Positions 9,771 through 19,486 of a stretch of DNA of 64,000 nt are shown here, one piece after another. The notes below the pieces were generated by a model that worked only from the letters and a program-made list of their open reading frames with translations, had not been told where the DNA came from and did not search any database. This stretch comes from Candidatus Latescibacterota bacterium (GTDB lineage: Bacteria; Latescibacterota; UBA2968; GCA-2709665), in assembly GCA_965237675.1 (NCBI GenBank), contig OZ250150.1:3840001-3904000 (forward strand), given 5' to 3'. The position numbers and the translations under genes were made by a program. Every line of letters starts with the position of its first letter. The stretch's first letter is position 1.

Positions 9771-11504
9771 TTACGTGTCGGTACGTCTGCGCGAATTCCT
9801 CAGCCGGGTGGTTGCCGGTCCGTCCACTTCAAACGCGTGCGTCTTGAATACGACGCCATAATCCGTTTCAGCCGTTTTCCTGCTATAATACCCGCGCCGG
9901 ACGTCTTCCAGAACCGCTTCTGCCGGTCGCATAACCGGAGCGCCGTATCCGCCACCGCCCGGGGTTTCAAGGCGGAGGGAGTCACCTGCAACCATGTAGA
10001 CGCCCTCATCTTTGGTGATGTGCGGAGGGCGGTACGCTTCGCCCTGGAGCAGAAAGGTGTGCTCGGCTGGTTTGCCCGGTTCGCCACCGAGCACACCGAA
10101 GGGCCGGAATCGTCCCCGGTCTCCAAGCAGCGAAGCGCTGGCTTCGCCCCGACGGAGCAGGAATTCGAGGACCACGCCGAATCCGCCCCGGCGGCAGCCC
10201 GGGCCGCCGGAGTCTTCCCGAATGGCATACGTGTTGAACAGAACCGGATAGCGGGATTCGAAGATTTCGAGAGCCTGGGTGCGGGCTACCGCGATCGTGG
10301 GATTGCCGTTGGTGAGCCCGTCTGTCAGGTAGTTGCCGCCGTAGCCCCCGCCAATAAAGGAGTAAAAGACAAAATATCCCCTTTCCGGATCGTCTCCGCC
10401 CACGGAGAGATTTGTGACGGTACCCATAGGACCGGCGTAACAGCGATCCGGTAAGGCCTGACTCATGGCGCCCAGTACAGCGTCGATAATGCGCTGGCAC
10501 ACTTCCGCCGCACAGCCGGAGACCGGACGCGGCGGGCGGGCGTGGAGGAAGGTAGAGGATGGAATATTGAAGGAAAAGGGTTTGAAACAACCCCTGTTAA
10601 TCGGGACATCCGGGAAAAAATGTTTGAAGGCGATATAGACGCCGGCCATTGTCGTGCTCAAAACGCTGTTGAGCGGTCCTCGACATGCCGGGCTGCTGTT
10701 TGAGAGGTCGATGTGAACGCTGTCGCCGGCAACGGTCATCTCAAGGTGGATGTGAAGCGGCTTCCAATCCACGCCGTCGCTGTCCATGTACTCGTCAAAG
10801 GCGTAACAGCCGTCGGGGATGGTTGAGATGTGCCTCCGCATCAGTCGCTCGGAACGGAGTTCCAGTTCGGTGACGACATCGAACACGGTCGCTTCGCCGT
10901 AGCGATTCAATAGCGTCGTCAGCCGATCTGCACCGAGGTTCAGCGACGCGACCTGAGCGATAATGTCCCCCTGGCGTTCGTCGGGTACCCGTACGTTGTG
11001 CAAAATGATGTCGATGACTTCCTGGTTGAGTTTGCCCCTGTCCATAAGCTTGATCGGTGGCAGACGCAGGCCTTCCTGAAATATCTCGGTGGCTTTGGTA
11101 GAGAACCCTCCCGGAACACGACCTCCTATGTCCGGCCAGTGCCCGCTGTTGGCCAGGTAGAACGCGAGCTTCTTCCGATAGAAAAAGGGTTTGATCATCT
11201 TGACATCCATCAGATGGGTCCCGCCAAGGTAGGGGTCATTGACAATATAAAGGTCGCCCTCGGCGGGTGCTTTGAAATGGGTGATAGCGGAACGCACCGT
11301 GTGCTGCATCACGCAGATGAAATTCGGCAGGCCGCGCGGTCCCTGCACGATGACGGCGCCGTCGTTCGCGGCATAGATGCCGCTGGCACGGTCGAAGCCG
11401 TCTGAAATCACCGGCGAGAAAGCCATGCGTTCCAGAGCGGCATCCATTTCATCCGCGATCTGTTCCAGACTGCCGCGAATAACGGCCAGAGTTATCGGAT
11501 CCAT
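9771..11504 (-). CDS. Hydantoinase B / 5-oxoprolinase subunit family protein
   Basis: MDPITLAVI, NDPYLGGTHLMD, HWPDIGG, EIFQEGLRLPP, DSGGPG..RGG, TPGGGGYG. Confidence 0.93.
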   Translation of the reverse strand: MDPITLAVIRGSLEQIADEMDAALERMAFSPVISDGFDRASGIYAANDGAVIVQGPRGLPNFICVMQHTVRSAITHFKAPAEGDLYIVNDPYLGGTHLMDVKMIKPFFYRKKLAFYLANSGHWPDIGGRVPGGFSTKATEIFQEGLRLPPIKLMDRGKLNQEVIDIILHNVRVPDERQGDIIAQVASLNLGADRLTTLLNRYGEATVFDVVTELELRSERLMRRHISTIPDGCYAFDEYMDSDGVDWKPLHIHLEMTVAGDSVHIDLSNSSPACRGPLNSVLSTTMAGVYIAFKHFFPDVPINRGCFKPFSFNIPSSTFLHARPPRPVSGCAAEVCQRIIDAVLGAMSQALPDRCYAGPMGTVTNLSVGGDDPERGYFVFYSFIGGGYGGNYLTDGLTNGNPTIAVARTQALEIFESRYPVLFNTYAIREDSGGPGCRRGGFGVVLEFLLRRGEASASLLGDRGRFRPFGVLGGEPGKPAEHTFLLQGEAYRPPHITKDEGVYMVAGDSLRLETPGGGGYGAPVMRPAEAVLEDVRRGYYSRKTAETDYGVVFKTHAFEVDGPATTRLRNSRRRTDT

Positions 11505-11571
11505 TTCAATGATGGTTCCTGGTCAAAATTTCGACAATAATTCGAAGGGTGTCCGCGCGCCCGACGAGCAG

Positions 11572-13668
11572 TTAGGCGGGCGTGCGGCGTGTAACTTCCG
11601 GACGGGCCGATTCGATAAGAAAGCTGCCGCCGTCCAACACGCGGGCGCGGATGTGGGGATCCAGCCAGACGGTTGTGTCGGATTGTTCGATGACGGCCGG
11701 CCCGGCAAGCTCAGCATCCCAGGGAATTCTGGAACGTTCGTATGTCGGACACCGGACGAACCTGTCGTCGACCCAGACGTCCCGGCATCCCTTATAGGCC
11801 CGATCCAGCGTTGTCGCGGGCGGGGCCAGCAATGAACCCAGAGGACGGTGTTTTCTGATACCGATTATGGAGGTCCTCAGGTTGAGCAGTCGAACGGAAA
11901 TGCCGTCCAGCAGGGCCTCCAGGCGACCGAAACCGGCGTGCGCACGGCCGAAACGCTGAAGGTACGCGGCCCTGAAGTGCAACGCCATTTGTTCGGGACT
12001 CAGATCGCCGTCGGGCAACGCTGTACGGATAACGTGGGTCTGGCCTTCGTAGGCGATGTCAGCTTCACGGAGCAAATGGATACGGCTCAGGGCCAGATTT
12101 CCCTGTTTCAGGAAAGCTTCGCCCCGGGCCCGGTCATTGTCGAATATACGCCGGATTTCGGTGGGGTCCACGTCGTCGAGACGGCGGTTGACCATCGTCA
12201 CATAGTCGCGCTTCACGTCCGCGATGGCGCAGCCCCAGGCGGATGTGATGCCCGGGTGATAGGGAACGAGACCCTGTGGAATACCGAGTTCATCCATCAG
12301 AAAACCAACCAGCAGGGGTCCGCTGCCACCGAACGCGAAGAGGGCGAAGTCTCTGGGATCCCGTCCGCGGTCGATAGAGATGCGCCGCAGGCTGCCGGCA
12401 ATGCGGTTGTTGGTTATGGTAACGACGGCCTGGGCGGCTTCCTCGGCTGAGAGGCCAAAAGGCCCGCCGATGTGTTCTTCCAAAGCAGATCTGGCTTTCG
12501 TAATGTCAAAGTGAAAACCCTCCTGGCCGGCGATGGGGTATTCAGGGTTGATCCGCCCCATCACCAGGTTCGCATCGGTTACCGTCGGCTGTTGGCCTCC
12601 CTTGCCGTAACACGCCGGTCCGGGATCGGCTCCGGCGCTTTCCGGGCCGACCTGGAGGATGCCGCCCTCGTCAATGCGCGCGATGCTGCCTCCGCCCGCG
12701 CCCACGGTTTGAATATCGATCATGGAAAGCAGGATCGGAACGCCGAATTCAAGCTCGGTTCCGTGGGCCTGTGCGGGACTGCCGTCCGTGACCAGGGAGA
12801 CGTCCAGGCTGGTACCGCCCATATCGTAGGCAATGAGATTTCCGATTCCGCTCTCTGCGGCAATGGCTGTAGCGGCGATTACACCCGCGGCCGGTCCGGA
12901 AAGGACCGTCTGAATGGCGTATCTTCCTGCCTCACCGGCAGGCACCATGCCTCCGTTGGATTGCATAACGAGCAGGTTGGTACCAAAGCCCCTGTTTTTC
13001 AGGCTGCGTTGCAGGTTGTTCAAATAGCGGCTTACAACGGGTTGGACGTACGCTTGGACGACGGCTGTGCTGGTGCGTTCGAATTCCCGGATCAGAGGCA
13101 GGACATCAGCGGACGCAATCACATACATTTCCGGAAAGCGATCCTCAATAATCGTCTTCGCTCGGCGTTCGTGGACCGGGTTCGCGTAAGAATTCATAAA
13201 TGAGATCACGATGGACTCGACATTTCCGGCATCGAGCTGCTCGGCACAGGCGATCACCGCGTGTTCGTCGAGCGGGGCAATGACGTCGCCTTCTGCGGAG
13301 ATGCGTTCAGTAACCTCCAGGCGGCGGTTGCGCGGAATAAGGGGCTCAAAGGTTCCGGTAAGCCCATAGAGGTGCGGCCGGTCTCGTCGCCTGAGTTCCA
13401 GGATATCCCGGAAACCCTGCGTGGCGATCAGACCGCAGCGCCCTCCCTTGCGCTCGAGGACGGCGTTCGTCGCTACGGTCGTGCCGTGGATGACGAGTTC
13501 GATTCCGCTGTTCTCGGCCCCCAGGGCGACCAGGCCTTCAATCAACCCTCGTGACGGATCTCCCGGGGTCGTGGGGACTTTGCTGATGGACAGGGACGGC
13601 GCGGAATCATCCAGAATCAGGATGTCCGTGAAGGTGCCCCCTATGTCGACGCCAACAAGCCTGGACAT
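11572..13668 (-). CDS. Hydantoinase A / 5-oxoprolinase ATP-binding subunit
   Basis: GVDIGGTFTD, HGTTVATN, SGPAAG, DMGGTS, GAGGGSIA, GPESAGADPGPACY. Confidence 0.93.
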   Translation of the reverse strand: MSRLVGVDIGGTFTDILILDDSAPSLSISKVPTTPGDPSRGLIEGLVALGAENSGIELVIHGTTVATNAVLERKGGRCGLIATQGFRDILELRRRDRPHLYGLTGTFEPLIPRNRRLEVTERISAEGDVIAPLDEHAVIACAEQLDAGNVESIVISFMNSYANPVHERRAKTIIEDRFPEMYVIASADVLPLIREFERTSTAVVQAYVQPVVSRYLNNLQRSLKNRGFGTNLLVMQSNGGMVPAGEAGRYAIQTVLSGPAAGVIAATAIAAESGIGNLIAYDMGGTSLDVSLVTDGSPAQAHGTELEFGVPILLSMIDIQTVGAGGGSIARIDEGGILQVGPESAGADPGPACYGKGGQQPTVTDANLVMGRINPEYPIAGQEGFHFDITKARSALEEHIGGPFGLSAEEAAQAVVTITNNRIAGSLRRISIDRGRDPRDFALFAFGGSGPLLVGFLMDELGIPQGLVPYHPGITSAWGCAIADVKRDYVTMVNRRLDDVDPTEIRRIFDNDRARGEAFLKQGNLALSRIHLLREADIAYEGQTHVIRTALPDGDLSPEQMALHFRAAYLQRFGRAHAGFGRLEALLDGISVRLLNLRTSIIGIRKHRPLGSLLAPPATTLDRAYKGCRDVWVDDRFVRCPTYERSRIPWDAELAGPAVIEQSDTTVWLDPHIRARVLDGGSFLIESARPEVTRRTPA

Positions 13669-13920
13669 GGCAATACCTGCGAGGGGGTGTCGGGGGATGT
13701 GTTTAGGACGACAGGCAGAACTTAGACGTTCTACAGGCGCGCGTCAACTCAAAAAACAGATTTCCATGGGGGTTCCGGCTTCCGGTGGTGCCCAAAACCC
13801 GATGCGTGCCGAAGGGCGCGGCTGCGTCTTTTCAATTTGACGGGGCCGGGTACTTCCCTTAGATTTGAATGGTTTTGTCCAGGAATCAACGTGTTCCTTT
13901 GCACGTCGAGAGGAAACCAA

Positions 13921-14676
13921 ATGCCAAGAGGCCGTTGCCATTTTGCATTGCTGGCAGCCCTGCACGAACGATTTCGCACGGATCGTCCCGAAGCAGCCGT
14001 ACTCGCGGATGATTATACGCCGGAGTTGCTGGCTGGGGTGTGCGCGCCCGACGGACTGCGTTTTGTGGGCAAGAGGGGCAAATTCGCCACCCACTTTTAT
14101 ACGGACGATCGCCGGGAGACGTGGGGGCGGTCGGTTGCGGGACTCTTTGGCACCCATCCCGACCTTGCCGATCCACGGCGCCTATCCAGTGCGGATGTGG
14201 CGGTGGTGCTCGGGTACATTTCCCATTTGACCACAGACGAAGCATTTCGAGATGAAGTGACCGTACACGTTCACGGCGTTAAAGATTGGCGCCCGATCAT
14301 TATGGGCTTGTGGTCGATGGTGGACGGGTTCTCCATCGGCAATGTCAACTACATGACCGAGGTTCACCGATTCGGACGCGAGGACTGTGTTGGCTTTATC
14401 GATTGCAGGGTTGTGGGCCAATACCTGGACCTGGTCAAGCCCTGGGCGCTCGAGGACGACCCCTGGGAATTGGAACGCATATTTCTCAGATTGAGACGTT
14501 GCGAAATGCCGGAAGACGAAGCGCGGCGGACCTGGGAAAAGAACGTGGAGATCGCGGCGCCATTCCTCGATGACAATCGGCGGATGCGGTTTTACAGGGC
14601 GGCCGTGGACGCGGGGATGGCGGAGGCCGTTCGATATCTGAACGGGAATTACACATTACAGGAAAGGGGTAACTGA
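13921..14676 (+). CDS. Zinc-dependent phospholipase C-like / putative metal-binding hydrolase
   Basis: N-terminal His (MPRGRCH), G..APD, THF and LGYISHLTTD pattern; GAGG RBS before ATG 13921; stop overlaps the next start (TGATG). Confidence 0.65.
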   Translation: MPRGRCHFALLAALHERFRTDRPEAAVLADDYTPELLAGVCAPDGLRFVGKRGKFATHFYTDDRRETWGRSVAGLFGTHPDLADPRRLSSADVAVVLGYISHLTTDEAFRDEVTVHVHGVKDWRPIIMGLWSMVDGFSIGNVNYMTEVHRFGREDCVGFIDCRVVGQYLDLVKPWALEDDPWELERIFLRLRRCEMPEDEARRTWEKNVEIAAPFLDDNRRMRFYRAAVDAGMAEAVRYLNGNYTLQERGN

Positions 14677-15689
14677 TGTCAACGTACCGCGTCGGTGTGA
14701 TCGGATGTGGAGGAATTGGCGTTGCGCATGCATCGGGCCTGGTCGGACTACGGAATGCGACCCTGACGGCCGCATGCGACTTGGCGGAGTCGGAGCTTGC
14801 GAGTTTCAGAGAACACTGGCAGTCCGAATGGCCCGGGCTCAATCTTTATACGGATCACAGGGAAATGCTGGCGAGTGAGGGTCTCGATATTGTCACCGTG
14901 GCGACATCCGACCACCGGCATGCCGATCTGGTGGTGAATGCGGCCAATGCGGGCGTAAGGGGGATTTTCTGCGAAAAACCCCTGGCAACCAACCTGGCGG
15001 ACGCCGACCGGATGGTGTATGCTGCTGAACGAAACGGCGTGATTCTTTCCGTTGATCACACGAGACGATTCCAGCCGCTGTGGTGCCATATCAAGGAGCA
15101 GATTGTGGATGGCGGAGAGATCGGGGCGGTGCAATACGTCGTGGGGACGCTGAATGGCCCGCGTGCCATGTTGTTCAGAAACGGCACCCACCTCGTGGAT
15201 TCGATCTGTTATTTTGCAGATTCCGATCCGGATTGGGTGTTCGCAGAATTGGAAGCTGGATATGAAGATTACTCGGAGTACAGAGGCGATGGCGGTCACG
15301 ACCCGGCAACCGAGCCGTCGGCCAGCGGCTATATCCATTTCGCCAACGGCGTGCGCGGATTCTTCGTGGGGGGTTCGAAATTCTCCGCAGATCCGAAGTT
15401 CAGGTGTGAAATTGTGGGAACAACCGGATACGTAGAGGTCAGCAGAGACGATGCGGTGCTCATTCGCGGCGGTGAAAGAGAGATGATCCAGGCACCCGAG
15501 TCGCCAGTACGCGGCATTCCTGCCGGAGTACGGGAATTGGTGACCCTGATCGATGAAGGCGGCGTACCGGTCTCGCCGGCAAGAGATGCGCACCGGGTTG
15601 TCGAGATAATGGTCGGATTTCTGGAGTCGCAGCGGCTGGGAAATGTGCGGGTGGATTTGCCGATTCCTCGCGATGGAAGGGGAACGTAA
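14676..15689 (+). CDS. Gfo/Idh/MocA family oxidoreductase
   Basis: VIGCGGIG, CEKPLA, GTHLVD. Confidence 0.92.
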   Translation: MSTYRVGVIGCGGIGVAHASGLVGLRNATLTAACDLAESELASFREHWQSEWPGLNLYTDHREMLASEGLDIVTVATSDHRHADLVVNAANAGVRGIFCEKPLATNLADADRMVYAAERNGVILSVDHTRRFQPLWCHIKEQIVDGGEIGAVQYVVGTLNGPRAMLFRNGTHLVDSICYFADSDPDWVFAELEAGYEDYSEYRGDGGHDPATEPSASGYIHFANGVRGFFVGGSKFSADPKFRCEIVGTTGYVEVSRDDAVLIRGGEREMIQAPESPVRGIPAGVRELVTLIDEGGVPVSPARDAHRVVEIMVGFLESQRLGNVRVDLPIPRDGRGT

Positions 15690-15954
15690 CCAACAGAACG
15701 CGCAATAATACGTGGATAGCGCTTGCCCGGGTTCGCAAAAGGAACTATTTTATGCAGTCTTGATCGAAATCGAACTCACAGAACCCGATGCGTTCGTCAG
15801 CGAGGACAATCAAGTGTCCTGTCTCAGAAATTGTGTAGGCCGTCTCTCTGAGATGGTCCGGTCCAGGTCCATCCGGACAGAATCGAAGCGCCTCTGAGTT
15901 CGATTTCGGGTTGTCGTCCGGAACAAAGCATCATTCCGAGAGGAGCGTCCGGTT

Positions 15955-16344
15955 ATGTTGAACTTTGAGCACACGGCATTTCTGGTTGACGATACGAGGG
16001 CCGTCGCCGATTGGTGGTGTAAACATCTGGGTATGGAAGTGGTCCGGTACGGCGGGCCGCCTTCGCACATGACCTTCCTGAGGGACGCCTCCGGAAAGAC
16101 CATGTTTGAGATTTATGAGAAAGATACGCTGAAGACACCCGACTATGCATCGATGCATGTCTCAATTCTCCACTTCGCATTTTACACCGACGACATCGCG
16201 GGGGAACGGGACCGGCTGCTTGCCGCGGGCGCCACGCTCGTGGACGACGTCTATGCAACGGATACCGGCGACCAGCTCGCCATGTTGCGGGACCCATGGG
16301 GTGTGGCCATTCAGGTTCTGAAGCGGAAGATTCCGATGGTGTGA
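15955..16344 (+). CDS. VOC / glyoxalase family protein
   Basis: FEHTAF, FEIYE, LHFAF, LRDPWG..IQ; GAGGAG RBS. Confidence 0.88.
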   Translation: MLNFEHTAFLVDDTRAVADWWCKHLGMEVVRYGGPPSHMTFLRDASGKTMFEIYEKDTLKTPDYASMHVSILHFAFYTDDIAGERDRLLAAGATLVDDVYATDTGDQLAMLRDPWGVAIQVLKRKIPMV

Positions 16345-16398
16345 AGTTTAACCGGTTGTGAGTGACGGGTGTCGTCGCGCTCGCAATGGTTCGGAGGG

Positions 16399-17457
16399 AT
16401 GATGCCGGTCATCGAGGTTGAAACTTTGAAGCAGGTTTGTGGGCGGGTGATGGAAGGGGCGGGTTTATCCGAAACGGAGGCACGGCGGATCGCCCATTCG
16501 CTCGTTCTCGCGAATCTGATGGGCCACGATTCGCACGGCGTGATAAGGCTTCCGCAGTACGTGCAGGCACTGGAGGACGGCATTGTAAAGGCAGGACGTG
16601 TCATTCGTGTCACCCGCGAAGCGGATGCATCGGCGGTGGTCGACGGGCAGTGGGGCTTCGGGCAGACGGTTTGCGCGCAAGCCATGGAACTGGCGATGCG
16701 AAAGGCACGCGAGAGATCCGTCGCGGCAGTGGAGTTGTTCAATAGCAGCCATATCGGACGCCTCGGAGAATACGTGGAACAGGCCGCCGTGAGCGGCATG
16801 ATCGGCGTCGTCATGTGCAACAACCACGGTGGCGGACGGCTGCTTTCCCCGTTCGGCGGGATCGACGCCCGGATGTCTCCCAATCCCGTAGCCGTTGGCG
16901 TGCCGACGGGTGGCGCGTTTCCGATTGTCGTGGATATGACAACCAGCGTGGTTGCGGAAGGCAAGATCCGCGTGAAGCGTAACCGTGGCGAACCCCTGCC
17001 GCAGGGTTGGGCGATTGACGCGGAAGGCAGACCCGCGGAACAACCCGAAGATTTCTACGGTCCGCCGCGTGGGGCAATTCTGCCATTCGGGGGGAATTCA
17101 GCGCATAAAGGATACGCTCTGGCGGTCGTCATCGACATTCTCTCCGGCGCTCTGGGCGGCGGCGGATGCAGTCGGGACGGCGCGCCTTCCGGCGGAAACG
17201 GGGTTTTTCTGATGGCGATCCGGATAGAGTCGTTTACGTCGCCGGACCGGTTCCGCGACGAAGTGGATGGCTTCGTCGACTATTTGAAGAGTTCAAGGCT
17301 GTTGCCCGGGTTCGACCGGATCCTGCTGCCCGGTGAAATCGAGTACCGCCAGCGCCGAAAAGCCGAAATTGAGGGCGTATTTGTGGATGACGAAACCTGG
17401 CGGCAGATCGGCGAGACGGGTGAAAAAGTGGGCGCGGCCGTTTCTGTTAGCCCTTGA
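16399..17457 (+). CDS. Ldh_2 family oxidoreductase (malate/L-lactate/ureidoglycolate dehydrogenase type)
   Basis: GHDSHGVIRL, HIGRLG, NPVAVG, DMTTS, HKGYAL, PGE. Confidence 0.92.
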   Translation: MMPVIEVETLKQVCGRVMEGAGLSETEARRIAHSLVLANLMGHDSHGVIRLPQYVQALEDGIVKAGRVIRVTREADASAVVDGQWGFGQTVCAQAMELAMRKARERSVAAVELFNSSHIGRLGEYVEQAAVSGMIGVVMCNNHGGGRLLSPFGGIDARMSPNPVAVGVPTGGAFPIVVDMTTSVVAEGKIRVKRNRGEPLPQGWAIDAEGRPAEQPEDFYGPPRGAILPFGGNSAHKGYALAVVIDILSGALGGGGCSRDGAPSGGNGVFLMAIRIESFTSPDRFRDEVDGFVDYLKSSRLLPGFDRILLPGEIEYRQRRKAEIEGVFVDDETWRQIGETGEKVGAAVSVSP

Positions 17458-17628
17458 GGTAGCAGTCCGTTGATAAAGCTGCTCTGCAGGCGAGCGATTC
17501 AAATGATGTACGAGCGGCGTCCGGGTGGTACACGACAAGCCCACGTCGACCAGAGTCTGCGGTGCAATGATAGCGTCCGTTGGACGAAAATCAGCCGATG
17601 ATTTGAAACTGCAAACGGGAGGTCACCA

Positions 17629-18399
17629 ATGGCGACCATAAAGATCACGCTGCTTGGACACGCGTCTTTCCGCCTGGAGCCAGATACGGGCGAGGTGGTT
17701 TATTTCGACCCGTGGTTGGATAACAACCCCACCACCCAATTGCGTGTGTCAGACGTAGAGCACGCCGACGTGGTGATTGCGACGCACGGACACGACGATC
17801 ACATCGGTGACTCGTTTGCGATCTGCAAACGGACGGGAGCCACGTTCGCTGGCAACTACGAACTCTGCCTGACCGCCGAGAAGAACGGTCTTGCGCTGGG
17901 CGAACAGGCACGACCGATGAATCCGGGCGGCACCATCGAGGTGAACGGCGTGCGCATTACCGCGACCCAGGCTTTCCATTCGCTGTCCATGTCGCCAAAC
18001 CAGGCGCTGGGCGATGCGCCGGAGGATGAGTACTTCCGGCCTGACGGCGGCGTATGCGGGATCGTGATGCAGTTTTCGAATGGGATTTCGGTTTACGATA
18101 CGGCGGATACGGCGCTGTTCAGCGACATGCAGCTGATCAGCCAGATGTACGGCCCGCAGGTCGCCATTGTTCCCGTTGGCGGACTGTATACGATGGGGAT
18201 CCGGGAGGCCGCCCGGGCGGCCAGTCTGATCCGTCCGGACATCGTCATTCCGTGTCACTACGGTGAGGCGGTGGGCCAGCCAGCAAATATCGATACCTTC
18301 TCGGAAATGGTCGGTTTTCTATCGCCCAATACGAAGGTAATCAAGCTCGAACCCGGGCAGTCAGTAACGTATACGTCCGCCAGTTATCAGGTGACGTAG
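17629..18399 (+). CDS. Metallo-beta-lactamase-fold metal-dependent hydrolase (UPF0173-like)
   Basis: LGHASF, DPW, THGHDDHIGD, DTALFSDM, PCHY; GGAGG RBS. Confidence 0.9.
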   Translation: MATIKITLLGHASFRLEPDTGEVVYFDPWLDNNPTTQLRVSDVEHADVVIATHGHDDHIGDSFAICKRTGATFAGNYELCLTAEKNGLALGEQARPMNPGGTIEVNGVRITATQAFHSLSMSPNQALGDAPEDEYFRPDGGVCGIVMQFSNGISVYDTADTALFSDMQLISQMYGPQVAIVPVGGLYTMGIREAARAASLIRPDIVIPCHYGEAVGQPANIDTFSEMVGFLSPNTKVIKLEPGQSVTYTSASYQVT

Positions 18400-18571
18400 A
18401 TTCGCGGACAAGTCGGCTGTACAACCTCGAAACGAGGAGCGAAGGATACGGGCCTCACTTGTTGTAAAATCATGTGTTTGGCCTTCACAAGGGCCTCATC
18501 CCGAGGCCCGATGACTTCAGAACCGACGAAATCGGAGGCATCATAAAAGCCAGTGAAACACGGAGGTTGCC

Positions 18572-19387
18572 GTGGCGCAGGATCTGACCAACGCCATTGT
18601 GTCTCAGAAAATCGAAGTGACTCCCGAGTTGATCATTTTGCAGGTCAAGGCGGAAGGATGGGATATACCGGCGTTCGTGCCGGGGCAATTTGCGGTTCTG
18701 GGCCTTCCCGGCGTGGCCCCCCGGAGCGAACGGTCCGAACCTGAAGAGGGCAGCCCGGATCCGAATCGCCTGATCCGCCGGGCGTATTCGATTGCGTCCT
18801 CATCCAAGGCGCGGGAGCATATGGAGTTCTACATCAATGTGGTACGATCGGGCGCGCTGACACCCAGGTTGTTCGCACTTGAACGAGGCGACCGTGTCTG
18901 GCTGGGGCCCAAGGTGTCCGGCATGTTCACGCTGGATCAGGCGCCGCAGACGACCGACGTGGTGCTCGTCGCCACCGGCACGGGGCTCGCGCCGTACATG
19001 AGCATGTTGCGCACCCATCTGCCTCATGACAACGGGCGGCTTTTTGCAATTTTGCACGGCGTCCGGCATTCGTGGGACCTGGGTTATCGGTCGGAACTGA
19101 CTATTATGCAGCAGCTTTCCCGCAATCTGACCTATTTGTCGTTAATCAGCCGCCCCGCCAACGAACCCTTGCCCTGGAGCGGTCTAACCGGATATGTTCA
19201 GGATCTCTGGTCAGGTGGTTATCTGGACAAAGCCTGGGGGAAAGACCCGAAGCCGGAAGATACACAGATTTTCCTGTGCGGAAACCCGCAGATGTGCGAG
19301 GACATGCTCGCCCTTCTCGAAGCCGAAGGATTCAGGGAGCATACTCGAAAAACGGAAGGTCAGGTGCATATCGAGCGGTACTGGTAA
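18572..19387 (+). CDS. fpr: Ferredoxin--NADP+ reductase
   Basis: RAYSIAS, GALTPRL, ATGTGLAPY, LCGNPQM, C-terminal ERYW. Confidence 0.9.
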   Translation: MAQDLTNAIVSQKIEVTPELIILQVKAEGWDIPAFVPGQFAVLGLPGVAPRSERSEPEEGSPDPNRLIRRAYSIASSSKAREHMEFYINVVRSGALTPRLFALERGDRVWLGPKVSGMFTLDQAPQTTDVVLVATGTGLAPYMSMLRTHLPHDNGRLFAILHGVRHSWDLGYRSELTIMQQLSRNLTYLSLISRPANEPLPWSGLTGYVQDLWSGGYLDKAWGKDPKPEDTQIFLCGNPQMCEDMLALLEAEGFREHTRKTEGQVHIERYW

Positions 19388-19486
19388 AGGAAGGCAAGCG
19401 ACAAACAAGGCGGGGCGGGCGGGTCGCCCGCATAACGGCTTCGGAGAGGAACGTCGATTCGCTTAGCGGTCCCGGTCGAGGGCGTA

